Source: an uncultured Verrucomicrobiota bacterium (GTDB lineage Bacteria > Verrucomicrobiota > Kiritimatiellia > RFP12 > UBA1067). Taken from it: DNA of 64,000 bases. Below are positions 11,511-20,243 of the stretch, piece after piece. A program made the translations under genes and the position numbers. Below the pieces are notes generated by a model. It did no database searches. It had not been told where the DNA came from and saw only the letters and a list, made by a program, of their open reading frames with translations. The stretch lies in the NCBI GenBank assembly GCA_946610035.1, contig CAMOCC010000004.1, positions 3,158-67,157 on the forward strand, read 5' to 3'. Each line of letters starts with the position of its first letter. The stretch's first letter is position 1.

Positions 11511-13906
11511 GACGCCTGCTGACCCTGCTGCTTGTTGCGCCATGGCTGGCTTCCGCGAAGACGGAGGTCAGCTTCCTTTTTTCCTACGACCCCGACCACC
11601 CCGAACAGCCGACCACAAGGCGCATATTCGAGCTGAAGAAGTCCGAGCCGGACCTCGAGCCCGTCAAGTGGGGCGGCCTTGCGCTTCCGGGAGGAGGCGG
11701 ACGCACGGCGTTCATGCTGGCGCTCGCCGCAGACTCGGCCCCCGATGTGTACAAGGCGTGGTTCCACATCCTCCGGCACGACGTGGAGCAGGGCTTCGTC
11801 TATCCGCTCGACGAGTGGACGGGGGCGGGCGAGCCAAGAGACCTCTGGGACCGCGTCCGCACCTGGAACGGACACGTCTGGGCGCTCGTCGAACCGGGCG
11901 TCGCATACTACGGCATCGTCTACCGAAAGGACATCGTCGCCGCGAAGGGGCTGGACCCCGAGTGTCCGCCGAAGACATGGTCCGAATTCCGCGACTGGTG
12001 CGCGGCATTGTCAACTCCCGACCACCCCGCCTTCGCCATAGAGAACCGCGCATGGGGGTTCCTCCCGTGGGTGCAGTCCGCCGGCGGCGACGTAGTAAGA
12101 GAAGTTAAGAGCGAAGGGTTAAGAGTTAAGAGTGGCTCTGGCCACCATCCACCAACCACCAACCACCAATCACCAACCACCTACGAAGCGGCGTTCGATT
12201 CGCCGGAGGCGGTGAGGGCCGCCGAGTACCTCCAGGGACTCGTCAGGCTCGGCGTCGTGAGGGGACTGCCGACGCTCACGCAGGCGGACGAGGTGGGCAA
12301 GCTGTTCTCGGCGGGCGACATTGTCGCCGTCTTCGGCGGAGAGGATTTGGTCAGGCGCCTAACCGAGACGCTGAACGTGCCGGCGGAGGCGATCGGACTC
12401 ATGGCGTTTCCGGCGGCGGACGAAGGCGGCATCCGCGTACTTCAGGCCCACAGGCACTTCTACGCGATGAGCGAATCGGTCGCAAGGCGTCCGAAGGAGG
12501 AGCGCGACATGGTCTGGAAGTGCCTTTCGGCGCTCGCATCGCCGGACCTGGCGGACGCCGAGATCAGGCGCAACGTAGCGGAGGGGCGCGCCCAGTGGTG
12601 CCTCCCGAAGGACTTGAGGCGGCTGGGCTACGATGCGGAGCTTGCAATGATACCGTCCGGCATCCGGTCGATGTACGACGACCTCGAGAAGGGCGAGATC
12701 AAGGCCGTCACCGAGCCCTGGGTCGGCTTCTGGCAGGCGGCGGGAGACATCGTGCAGCGGCGCTTCCTCGGGCTTCTGCTGAGCCCTGCATCCGGCGGTA
12801 CGCTCGATTGCAGGGCGGCGTTGAAGTCGATCACCGAGGACGCAAACAGGGGCCTGATGTTCGAGAGCGACCGCTCGCGGATCGACGACGCCCGCCCATG
12901 GGCGAGGGTGATACTGGGGGTGGTGCTCTCGGCGGCGCTGGTTGCCGGGTGGCTTGTCCTTCGCGCCCGCAAGGGGAGCGAAGGCAGGTCGGCGGCCAAG
13001 GCGGGCAGGGAGGAGCCCCGGTCGGGCAAACGCTCCGGATACGCCCCCTGGCTCTTCCTCGCCCCCGCCGTCGCCTCGATACTGGTCTGGAGCTACTATC
13101 CGCTTTTCAAGGGCGCCTTGATGGCGTTCCAGGACTACAGGATAGTGGGCGACGCAGGCTGGGTGGGCCTCGACAACTTCATACGCGTCGCGACCGATCC
13201 CGGCTTCTGGAAGGCCTGGGCCAGGACTTTCGAATACGTCGCGCTTACGCTCGTCCTCGGTTTCCTCTCGCCGATACTCCTCGCCCTGATGCTGTGCGAG
13301 ATTCCGCGCGGCAAGATATTCTTCAGGTTTCTCTACTTCCTCCCGCATCTCACGAGCGCGCTCGTCGTTACGCTCCTCTGGAAGCTCATGTTTGCGGCGG
13401 GTCCTGACGGCATACTCAACCAGCTCTTCGCCGTCTTCGGCGTCGCCCCGCACGACTGGCTGCAGGACCCGGCCTGGGCGATGGTGTGCTGCATCCTGCC
13501 TGGAGTCTGGGCGGGGGCGGGCATAAGCTCCCTCATCTACATCGCGGCCATCGAGTCGCTTCCGCGCGACTACTACGAGGCGGCCGCGCTCGACGGCGCT
13601 GGCATCTTCGCGCGCTTCAGGCACGTGACCTTCCCCCAGATTGCGCCGCTCATGGTGATCAACTTCGTCGGTGCGTTCATCGCCGCGTTCCAGGGGATGG
13701 GGTCCATCTTCCTCCTCACCTTCGGAGGGCCCGGCGATGCGACGCAGGTCGTCTCGCTCCAGATCTGGAAGGAGGCGTACAACAACCTCCGGTTCTCGAC
13801 GGCGACCACGATGGCGTGGTTCCTCGGCGTCGCCCTCATCGCCTTCACCTACATGCAGATAAGGCTCCTCCGACGCGTGGAGTTCCGCCAGGCGTCGATG
13901 AATTGA
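11507..13906 (+). CDS. Fusion of ABC-transporter solute-binding domain and MalF/UgpA-type permease domain
   Basis: Signal peptide, SBP-like N-terminal ~480 aa, then 6-TM permease with an EAA-like loop (IESLPRDYYEAAALDGAG); GTGA overlap with the upstream gene. Confidence 0.8.
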   Translation: MRRLLTLLLVAPWLASAKTEVSFLFSYDPDHPEQPTTRRIFELKKSEPDLEPVKWGGLALPGGGGRTAFMLALAADSAPDVYKAWFHILRHDVEQGFVYPLDEWTGAGEPRDLWDRVRTWNGHVWALVEPGVAYYGIVYRKDIVAAKGLDPECPPKTWSEFRDWCAALSTPDHPAFAIENRAWGFLPWVQSAGGDVVREVKSEGLRVKSGSGHHPPTTNHQSPTTYEAAFDSPEAVRAAEYLQGLVRLGVVRGLPTLTQADEVGKLFSAGDIVAVFGGEDLVRRLTETLNVPAEAIGLMAFPAADEGGIRVLQAHRHFYAMSESVARRPKEERDMVWKCLSALASPDLADAEIRRNVAEGRAQWCLPKDLRRLGYDAELAMIPSGIRSMYDDLEKGEIKAVTEPWVGFWQAAGDIVQRRFLGLLLSPASGGTLDCRAALKSITEDANRGLMFESDRSRIDDARPWARVILGVVLSAALVAGWLVLRARKGSEGRSAAKAGREEPRSGKRSGYAPWLFLAPAVASILVWSYYPLFKGALMAFQDYRIVGDAGWVGLDNFIRVATDPGFWKAWARTFEYVALTLVLGFLSPILLALMLCEIPRGKIFFRFLYFLPHLTSALVVTLLWKLMFAAGPDGILNQLFAVFGVAPHDWLQDPAWAMVCCILPGVWAGAGISSLIYIAAIESLPRDYYEAAALDGAGIFARFRHVTFPQIAPLMVINFVGAFIAAFQGMGSIFLLTFGGPGDATQVVSLQIWKEAYNNLRFSTATTMAWFLGVALIAFTYMQIRLLRRVEFRQASMN
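12094..12181. repeat. In-frame short-tandem-repeat block: GTTAAGA(G)-type units, GTGGC-TCTG-GCCAC mini-hairpin, then ACCAACC-type heptamers x5
   Basis: Read directly; encodes ..REVKSEGLRVKSGSGHHPPTTNHQSPTT.. inside the SBP domain. Confidence 0.9.
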
Positions 13907-13938
13907 TTCATTTGCCGCTTCCACTCCAGACTGATTTT

Positions 13939-13947
13939 TGATACAAT
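13939..13947 (+). promoter_or_regulatory. Extended -10-like element TGaTACAAT
   Basis: One mismatch to TGnTATAAT. It lies 1 nt before ATG 13949, so translation more likely starts at ATG 13973, which has a GGAGGG SD. Confidence 0.35.
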
Positions 13948-13948
13948 T

Positions 13949-14410
13949 ATGAAAAATCATGCGGAGGGAATCATGGAACATTTCAAGACGGACAGTCAGA
14001 CGTCTTCAGTCGGCCTCACAAGGCGCGATGCGCTGAGGGGCTTTGCAGCGCTTGCGGCGGTGGACGCAGCAGGGGCCTTCGTGCTCGATTCGAAGGCCGG
14101 GGTCGCAGAGGAGCTGAAGCTGCTGGACGAAGGCGTGCTTTCCGGGCGTTCGCTTGAGGCTGACGTCGTGGGGCGCGCGGCGGCGGCCATCTTCATCGCG
14201 GGCGGCGTGAGGTCGGTCCGCTCGCGCGTCATGAGCGACGGCGCGGCGGAGCTTTTCGCCGCGGCCGGAGTGAAGGCTGAGTGCGAGGAGCGCGTCCCGT
14301 ACATCCTGAACCGCAGGCGGACGGGGATGTGCCCCATGGAGTCGGCCGTCAAGGACCTCCGCGACGTCGGGCGCATGGTGTCCGTACTTCGCGGCAGGGT
14401 CGCGTCCTGA
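13949..14410 (+). CDS. Hypothetical protein with twin-arginine-like signal (TRRDALRGFAALAAV); start may be 13973
   Basis: ORF with host-like codon usage; Tat-like motif; no recognised domain. Confidence 0.45.
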   Translation: MKNHAEGIMEHFKTDSQTSSVGLTRRDALRGFAALAAVDAAGAFVLDSKAGVAEELKLLDEGVLSGRSLEADVVGRAAAAIFIAGGVRSVRSRVMSDGAAELFAAAGVKAECEERVPYILNRRRTGMCPMESAVKDLRDVGRMVSVLRGRVAS

Positions 14411-14446
14411 GCGGCATTTTCCCAATCAACCGAAAGGAATACATCA

Positions 14447-14800
14447 ATGGCTTGTTTCTCAGTTCCGCTGGCTGGTGCGCTCGTCGCCGCCGGCGCCGGC
14501 AAGATGGGCGCGGTCAAGAAGAGCCGCAACCCGTTCCTCGCCAAGCTCCACTGGCTTGTCAAGATGTCGCTCGGGGGGAGCTTCCTCCTTGCGATAGAGC
14601 ACATCTACCACGGCGAGATCATCCCCGTGCCGCCGTTCCTCACGGCGATGAAGGATCCGTCCGACACCGCGGCGATGCTGCACGAGATGGCCACCGTCGG
14701 GGTCTCGATGGCCGTCCTCCTCGTCGTCGCGTGGATCGCCATGGTCGTTGTCTCCACGGCAGTAGAACGTCATTCGGGGAAGGAGTCCTACAATGTGTGA
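14447..14800 (+). CDS. Small integral membrane protein, unknown function
   Basis: 117 aa, three hydrophobic segments, AAAGGA SD. Confidence 0.5.
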   Translation: MACFSVPLAGALVAAGAGKMGAVKKSRNPFLAKLHWLVKMSLGGSFLLAIEHIYHGEIIPVPPFLTAMKDPSDTAAMLHEMATVGVSMAVLLVVAWIAMVVVSTAVERHSGKESYNV

Positions 14801-15098
14801 GATAATGACAGTCGCGGCGGCGGCGCTGTTCACGGTCCTTTACTTCACCCGCTGCCGGACGCGAGCCGTCTTCACGACGATGATGATGTTCTGGGGCGCG
14901 GCGCTGATGTGGTCCGTCGACTGCATGCACGGCTATTTCTTCCCCGAGGAGGGCGAAGCCCCGCAGTTCTTCGACCTGAGCCGCGAGGACGCGCTCCTTG
15001 GCGTGATCGTGCTTGCGGCCGGACTCTTCGTGTTCGCCATCCTGGCGTATTTCGACCACGCAGCCAAGGCTGCGGACATTCCCGCTGAACTTGGATGA
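14793..15098 (+). CDS. Small integral membrane protein, unknown function
   Basis: 101 aa, three hydrophobic segments, GAAGGAG SD, overlaps both neighbours. Confidence 0.5.
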   Translation: MCEIMTVAAAALFTVLYFTRCRTRAVFTTMMMFWGAALMWSVDCMHGYFFPEEGEAPQFFDLSREDALLGVIVLAAGLFVFAILAYFDHAAKAADIPAELG

Positions 15099-15766
15099 CA
15101 GGCGACACCTTCGAGGACATCGGCTTCGCCAAGGTTGACACAGGCCGCGAGCTCCGCCAAGGGCTCGCGGAAGTCGTCTACGGGGCCGGAAAGACGGCGG
15201 ACGAGATAGTCGCCATAGTGGCGCGGCTCAAGGCGTCCACACGCCGTCCCGTCCTGGTTACCCGCGTCGACGAGGCGAAGGCGCGGGCGCTCCTTGCGGC
15301 GGAGCCCGCGACGCACTGGGACGCGAAGAGCCGCCTCGCCGTCGTCGGCGAGGTGCCGCCGCCTGACGGCAAAGGGGTGATCGCGGTCGCCACCGGCGGG
15401 ACGAGCGACGGCGCGGTCGCCGAGGAGGCGGCGCGGACCGCCGAGGCGCTCGGCAACAGGGTGGCTAGGATATACGATGTCGGCGTCGCCGGAATCCACC
15501 GGCTCCTGGCGCATGCGGACGAACTGCGCCGCGCGCGCGTCGTCATCGCGATTGCCGGAATGGAGGGTGCGCTCGCCACGGTGATCGGCGGACTTGTCTC
15601 GTGCCCCGTCGTCGCCGTCCCGACGTCAGTCGGCTACGGCGCGGCATTCGACGGACTCGCCGCGCTCCTCTCCATGATGAACTCCTGCGCACCCGGCGTG
15701 AGCGTCGTAAACATCGACAACGGATTCGGCGCGGCCGTTCTCGCCTCAAGGATCAACCATCTATGA
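15095..15766 (+). CDS. larB: Nickel-pincer cofactor biosynthesis protein LarB (PurE-like NaAD carboxylase/hydrolase)
   Basis: ..[20 protein letters not shown].., [46 protein letters not shown]. Confidence 0.85.
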   Translation: MTGDTFEDIGFAKVDTGRELRQGLAEVVYGAGKTADEIVAIVARLKASTRRPVLVTRVDEAKARALLAAEPATHWDAKSRLAVVGEVPPPDGKGVIAVATGGTSDGAVAEEAARTAEALGNRVARIYDVGVAGIHRLLAHADELRRARVVIAIAGMEGALATVIGGLVSCPVVAVPTSVGYGAAFDGLAALLSMMNSCAPGVSVVNIDNGFGAAVLASRINHL

Positions 15767-16932
15767 AGACAGTATACTTCGACTGCAGGACCGGCGCGGC
15801 CGGCGACATGATCGTAGGCGCGCTGCTGGGGCTCGTCCCGGATGCGGACGCTGCGGTGCGCAGGTTGAACGCCATGGGCGTCCCGGGAGTCGTGATGACG
15901 GCGGCGGACGCCGTGCGGGGCGGATTGAAGGGCGTTTCGGTGGAGGTCAGCGTCCACGGCGAGGTGGAGGGCCACCACCACAACGACGCTGGCCACGACC
16001 ATCACCACCACCATCATCACCATCATGCGACGCCGGCAGAAATAGACGCCGTCATAGGGGCGCTCAATGTGTCCGACGATGTGAAACGCCATGTCCGCGA
16101 AGTCTATGCGCTCATTGCCGGAGCGGAGGCGGAGGCGCACGGCGTTCCCGTATCCGAGGTGCACTTCCACGAGGTGGGGGCGATGGACGCAGTGGCGGAC
16201 ATAGCATCGGCGGCGCTTCTCATTGAGGAGCTGGGTCCGGTGCGCGTCCTTGCGGCGCTGCCCGAGGTCGGCGGCGGATTCGTCCGCTGTGCGCACGGGC
16301 TCCTGCCCGTGCCGGCGCCGGCCACCGTCAACATCCTCAAGGGCGTGCCGTTCACCTCCGGCGCGGCGGACTGCGAACTCATGACCCCTACGGGGGCCGC
16401 GTTGCTGGTCCACTACGCCTCGGCGTTCGGTCCGTGTCCCGCCATCGCGGTGGAGCGGACGGGGTGCGGCTGCGGCGCGAGGGAGCTCGCCGATCGTCCA
16501 AACGTCCTGCGGGCGTTTCTGGGCGACGTGAGCGAGGGAGAGTCCGGCGCGGGAGGTCCGAACGGACGCGTTGTGGAGCTCAAGGCGAACATCGACGACA
16601 TGACCGGCGAGGATCTTGCGCACGCATGCGAGCGCCTTCGCGCGGAGGCGGGCGTCCTCGACGTGTCGCTCGCGCCTCTTGCGATGAAGAAGGGGCGCGC
16701 GGGGCATCTGCTCGTCGTCCTGGCGACGCCGGAGCGGGCGGACGCCGCGGCGGCCGCCGTGCTGCGAGAGACGTCCACCTTCGGCGTCAGGAGGGCGGAC
16801 ATGGAGCGATACGAGCTTGCGCGGCGGGTCGAGGCCGGGGCGGACGGCGTCCGCGTGAAGACCGGCGAAGGCTGGGGCGTCGTCAAGTCGAAACGCGAAT
16901 TTGCGGACCGCGTCAAGATTGACAAGCGCTGA
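15763..16932 (+). CDS. larC: Nickel insertion protein LarC (DUF111 family) with His-rich tract
   Basis: [16 protein letters not shown] start, [13 protein letters not shown] motif, His-rich [19 protein letters not shown] (nt ~15970-16026); ATGA overlap with larB. Confidence 0.85.
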   Translation: MKTVYFDCRTGAAGDMIVGALLGLVPDADAAVRRLNAMGVPGVVMTAADAVRGGLKGVSVEVSVHGEVEGHHHNDAGHDHHHHHHHHHATPAEIDAVIGALNVSDDVKRHVREVYALIAGAEAEAHGVPVSEVHFHEVGAMDAVADIASAALLIEELGPVRVLAALPEVGGGFVRCAHGLLPVPAPATVNILKGVPFTSGAADCELMTPTGAALLVHYASAFGPCPAIAVERTGCGCGARELADRPNVLRAFLGDVSEGESGAGGPNGRVVELKANIDDMTGEDLAHACERLRAEAGVLDVSLAPLAMKKGRAGHLLVVLATPERADAAAAAVLRETSTFGVRRADMERYELARRVEAGADGVRVKTGEGWGVVKSKREFADRVKIDKR

Positions 16933-17003
16933 AAATCATGTTAAACTGATTGCAGTGAGTCGAAAGTGCGGCTCACATCCCAACAGAAGAAAGGAATGCG
17001 GAA

Positions 17004-17144
17004 ATGAAGAAATACGTTTGCCAGGTTTGCGGCCACGTCTACGATCCCGCCGAGAACGGCGGGGTTGCGTTCGAGGATCTTCCGGCGGACTGGGTGTGCC
17101 CGCTCTGCGGCGTGGGCAAGGACCAGTTCTCCCCGCAGGAGTGA
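17004..17144 (+). CDS. Rubredoxin (46 aa; below the ORF-track length cutoff)
   Basis: Own translation: [46 protein letters not shown] with two CxxC pairs; SD in the AAGAAAGGAA leader. Confidence 0.9.
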   Translation: MKKYVCQVCGHVYDPAENGGVAFEDLPADWVCPLCGVGKDQFSPQE

Positions 17145-17174
17145 TCCCGTAGGCGGTGGAATCGAAACCTTTTG

Positions 17175-17216
17175 ACACAGGGGTGGGACGAAATGTCCCG
17201 CCCCTTGTGCTTTTCT
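17175..17216 (+). terminator. Rho-independent terminator after the rubredoxin gene
   Basis: GC-rich imperfect stem CACAGGGGTGGGAC / GTCCCGCCCCTTGTG, loop GAAAT, followed by TTTTCT. Confidence 0.6.
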
Positions 17217-17284
17217 GACGTCTCGCAGGGGCTGGCACGCCGGTGCTTTAGGAAGGGCGTTGGCACAAAGAAAGGAGTAATGAG

Positions 17285-17698
17285 ATGAATACAATGATGA
17301 ACATGGATCCGTGGAGCTTCCTGGACGACTTGATCGACACGTCGAGCCGGGCGTTCAGGAACGTGAGGGCGCGTGCGGCGGGGCGCTTTCCGCCGGTGAA
17401 CGTGTACCTGGACGATGATGCGGTGATCGTCGACCTCGAACTCCCCGGCAAGACCGCGAAGGACGTCGATCTCACGCTGGAGGCGCAGGCCGTGGTTGTT
17501 TCGGACAAGCCGGCGGTTGCGGCCGAAGCGGAGGGCGGCAAGGCGGAGGAGGTCCGTCCGGCGTGGATCCGCAGGCTGGAGCTTCCGTTCCGCGTGAACG
17601 CGGGGAAGGCGAATGCGAAGTTCACGAACGGCATACTCCGCATCGAACTTCCCAAGGCCGAGACCGAGGGCGTGAAGCGCATCGCGATCGCGGGCTGA
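17285..17698 (+). CDS. Hsp20/alpha-crystallin small heat-shock protein
   Basis: ..AKFTNGILRIELPKA.. alpha-crystallin C-terminal signature, 137 aa. Confidence 0.85.
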   Translation: MNTMMNMDPWSFLDDLIDTSSRAFRNVRARAAGRFPPVNVYLDDDAVIVDLELPGKTAKDVDLTLEAQAVVVSDKPAVAAEAEGGKAEEVRPAWIRRLELPFRVNAGKANAKFTNGILRIELPKAETEGVKRIAIAG

Positions 17699-17734
17699 AA
17701 TCGAAGGAAACGGTAAAGGAAAGGAGAACCTGAA

Positions 17735-18070
17735 ATGGACAATGAGAAATTCGTGGTGCCGGGCGCAACCTACACGGAGAACCCGGAGGGTTATGAAGTC
17801 AAGGTCGTCCTGCCCGGAGTCGGCAAGGAAGACGCCGAGCTGCACATGGAGGGTCGCACCCTGACGCTGAAGACGCATGCGAAGTTCCAGAACCCGGCGG
17901 GCTTCAGGCAAGTCGCGGCGGAGTTCGAGCACTCCAACTATGCGATGAGCATGGACCTCCCCGACCTGGCCGATCCGTCGACGCTGGCGGCGAAGCTGGA
18001 GAACGGAGTGCTCACCGTCACGGTGAAGAAGCGTCCCGAGTCGCAGCCGAGGAAGATTGCGATAGGCTGA
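17735..18070 (+). CDS. Hsp20/alpha-crystallin small heat-shock protein (short paralogue)
   Basis: ..AAKLENGVLTVTVKK.. signature, 111 aa. Confidence 0.8.
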   Translation: MDNEKFVVPGATYTENPEGYEVKVVLPGVGKEDAELHMEGRTLTLKTHAKFQNPAGFRQVAAEFEHSNYAMSMDLPDLADPSTLAAKLENGVLTVTVKKRPESQPRKIAIG

Positions 18071-18088
18071 GATGCGCCGAAGTGTCGC

Positions 18089-18135
18089 ATCGATGCGGGG
18101 GGACCCTGCCGGGTTCCTCCGCATCGATTTTTTTT
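18089..18135 (+). terminator. Rho-independent terminator after the hsp20 pair
   Basis: Perfect 10-bp stem ATCGATGCGG / CCGCATCGAT followed by a T7-8 run. Confidence 0.7.
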
Positions 18136-18193
18136 ACGATTCCCCATTGACGGATGCGGGGTCGGTTTGATATACTATGTGACCAATCACAAG

Positions 18194-18269
18194 GCCAGGT
18201 TAGCACAGTTGGTAGTGCGGCTCATTCGTAATGAGCAGGTCGGGGGTTCGAGTCCCTTACCTGGCTCCA
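18194..18269 (+). tRNA. tRNA-Thr (anticodon CGT)
   Basis: Acceptor GCCAGGT/ACCTGGC, anticodon stem GCTCA/TGAGC with loop TTCGTAA, T-loop GGTTCGAGTCC, encoded CCA. Confidence 0.9.
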
Positions 18270-18273
18270 AGTT

Positions 18274-18351
18274 GGCGGGAGTAGATCAATTGGTTAGATC
18301 AACAGATTGTGATTCTGTGGGTTGCGGGTTCGAGTCCCGTCTCCTGCCCCA
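18274..18351 (+). tRNA. tRNA-His (anticodon GTG) with extra 5' G
   Basis: G(-1) plus acceptor GCGGGAG/CTCCTGC, anticodon stem ACAGA/TCTGT with loop TTGTGAT, T-loop GGTTCGAGTCC, CCA. Confidence 0.85.
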
Positions 18352-18373
18352 GACCTGAAAAGGATAGTAGGCC

Positions 18374-19105
18374 ATGACGGTTGTCGAGAGTTTGATTGAG
18401 TTGCAGGAAGTAGACGGGCGGATTCGCGAGCTCGAGGTGGAGCTTAAGGACCTGCCGCGTCGGAAGGCGTTGGAAATGGCGCGGCTCTCCGGGGTAAGCG
18501 CCGATCTTCAGGCGGCGAAGGCCGGCCAGGAGTACGCGAACCAGCGCGTCAAGGGCTACGAGGCCGACGCGCAGGCGCTCAAGGACAAGATCCAGCAGCT
18601 CAAGACGACCCAGGCGGGTCTCAAGAGCAACAAGGAGTACCAGCAGTATTCCATTCAGATCGACCTCGTCAGCCACGACCTCGAGGCCACCGAGAACAAC
18701 CAGCTTGCGGCGATGGACGATCTTCCGTCCGCAGAGAAGCGCATCAACGAAGCGCAGGCGAAGTTCGATGCCGAGAAGGGCGGGGTCGACGCCTTCTGCG
18801 CCGAGATCGACGAGCGCATCGCGTCCGTCAAGGCCGAGCTCGAGGAGTGCAAGAAGGATCGCGCCGAGAAGGCCAGGAGCGTCAACGACCCCAAGTTCAT
18901 GCTCTACTACGAGCGTCTCAGGATGAAGCGCTGGCCGGTCGTCGTCCCGCTCACCCACGACGGCGTGTGCGACGGCTGCCATCTGGTCCAGCCGCCGAGC
19001 GTCGGCCAGCTCGTGAGCGCCAACGCCAAGAACGGCGCGGAGGGCAAGCCCCAGAGCATCGTCGCGTGCACGATGTGCGGCCGCATCCTCTACGGAGACA
19101 TCTGA
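18374..19105 (+). CDS. Coiled-coil protein with C-terminal C4 zinc ribbon (COG1579-like)
   Basis: Long heptad-rich region then CDGCHL..X..CTMCGRILY. Confidence 0.7.
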   Translation: MTVVESLIELQEVDGRIRELEVELKDLPRRKALEMARLSGVSADLQAAKAGQEYANQRVKGYEADAQALKDKIQQLKTTQAGLKSNKEYQQYSIQIDLVSHDLEATENNQLAAMDDLPSAEKRINEAQAKFDAEKGGVDAFCAEIDERIASVKAELEECKKDRAEKARSVNDPKFMLYYERLRMKRWPVVVPLTHDGVCDGCHLVQPPSVGQLVSANAKNGAEGKPQSIVACTMCGRILYGDI

Positions 19106-19132
19106 GTCAAGGTTCTTTGAAAACTTTCTCCT

Positions 19133-19516
19133 GAAGCGACGCGCGTGTGACCGGTCGCGGCCGCGAGGCCGAGGAAAGTCCGGACTCCACAGGGCGGAGG
19201 ATCCGTCTGTCAAGGACGGAAGGCGCGGGGAAAGCCCGCGTGATGGAAAGCGCCACAGAAAATAGACGGCCCCGCAAGGGGTTACGGTGAAAAGGCGGTG
19301 CAAGAGACCACCGGTGCGGCTGAAACGACGCATGCCTGGCAAGCCCTCCTCGGAGCAAGATCAAATAGGGAATCGACGGGCTGCCCGTCCGAAGGGGCCG
19401 CAAGGCGCCTAAGATTCCGGGTTGATTGCTTAGATGAATGATCGGAGCCGTCTTTTCCGTACCCAATCGGCGAAGTCGGTGAACAGAATCCGGCTTATTC
19501 GCCGCGCGTCGCTTCA
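19133..19516 (+). ncRNA. rnpB: RNase P RNA, bacterial type A
   Basis: GAGGAAAGTCCGGACTCCACAGGGC and ACAGAATCCGGCTTAT conserved blocks; terminal P1 pairing GAAGCGACGCGCG / CGCGCGTCGCTTC. Confidence 0.9.
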
Positions 19517-19546
19517 GGGGAATGTTTTCCGCAGGGAGGTTGGAAT

Positions 19547-20167
19547 ATGGATTCCGAAACATCGCAGAAGTTTGTCTGGCACCGTCCCGCGGACGTGCCG
19601 ACGACGGTGTTCCTCGACTTCACGTCCGAGGCGGAGTCCCGCATCGGCCCCTCCAACGGCGATCTCCTGTCGAACGTGGACGCGGCATTGAACGGCGCGG
19701 AGACGTTCGACTTCCTCCTGGACGCCGCAGAGGCGGATGTCTCCTCTCGCGCGGACAGGTGGGTCGCGTCGCGCGCCGGGGCGTCCGACGCGGAGCGTGA
19801 GGCGCTCCGCCGCCAGTACATGTACCACCTCGCCTACATTCACGAATTGATCTGGCGCAGGAGGAACGGACCCGCCCTCTTCGAGCGCAAGTCGGGCGTC
19901 ACCCCGGCGCCGGACTTCCTCCCGTGCACGGCGTGGCAGGTCCCGGCGCGCAGGCTCGGGGCGTACCGGACCGTCGGCAGGGTGTGGAACTGGGCGTCCG
20001 TCGTGACGATCACGGGCTTTCTTCCGATGATCATAATCCCGACTGCCGTATCGGAGTTCACGGACGCCGCAGGCGTCAAGTACTTCGCCTTCGTCGGCGC
20101 GTGGCTTGTGGCGGCGTTCCTGTTCCTGTCCGGCTACCTGTACTGCAGGTCCCTGAGGGGCTGCTGA
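19547..20167 (+). CDS. Hypothetical membrane protein
   Basis: 206 aa, GGGAGG SD, two C-terminal hydrophobic helices; no recognised domain. Confidence 0.5.
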   Translation: MDSETSQKFVWHRPADVPTTVFLDFTSEAESRIGPSNGDLLSNVDAALNGAETFDFLLDAAEADVSSRADRWVASRAGASDAEREALRRQYMYHLAYIHELIWRRRNGPALFERKSGVTPAPDFLPCTAWQVPARRLGAYRTVGRVWNWASVVTITGFLPMIIIPTAVSEFTDAAGVKYFAFVGAWLVAAFLFLSGYLYCRSLRGC

Positions 20168-20228
20168 TCGCCCATTGCGTCCGTTTGCAGCGGGGCCCCG
20201 ATTGGGTAGTGACGGTGTGCTCAGTCTG

Positions 20229-20237
20229 TGCTATAAT
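20229..20237 (+). promoter_or_regulatory. Extended -10 promoter TGcTATAAT, 6 nt before the ATG at 20244
   Basis: Exact TGnTATAAT; spacing implies a leaderless transcript. Confidence 0.5.
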
Positions 20238-20243
20238 CGTGGC

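Noticed and set aside
15970-16026. Run of His codons (CAC/CAT) as a possible unstable trinucleotide repeat
   Set aside because: It lies in LarC, where a His-rich nickel-binding region is a known feature, and the codons alternate CAC/CAT/GAC rather than forming a pure repeat.
17233-17247. Sigma-54-like element TGGCACGCCGGTGCT upstream of the first hsp20 gene
   Set aside because: The GG-to-GC spacing is one nt shorter than the consensus and the -12 region reads GTGCT rather than TTGCW. A second TGGCAC at ~17262 lacks any -12 element. This is not good enough to call, unlike the glnN site.
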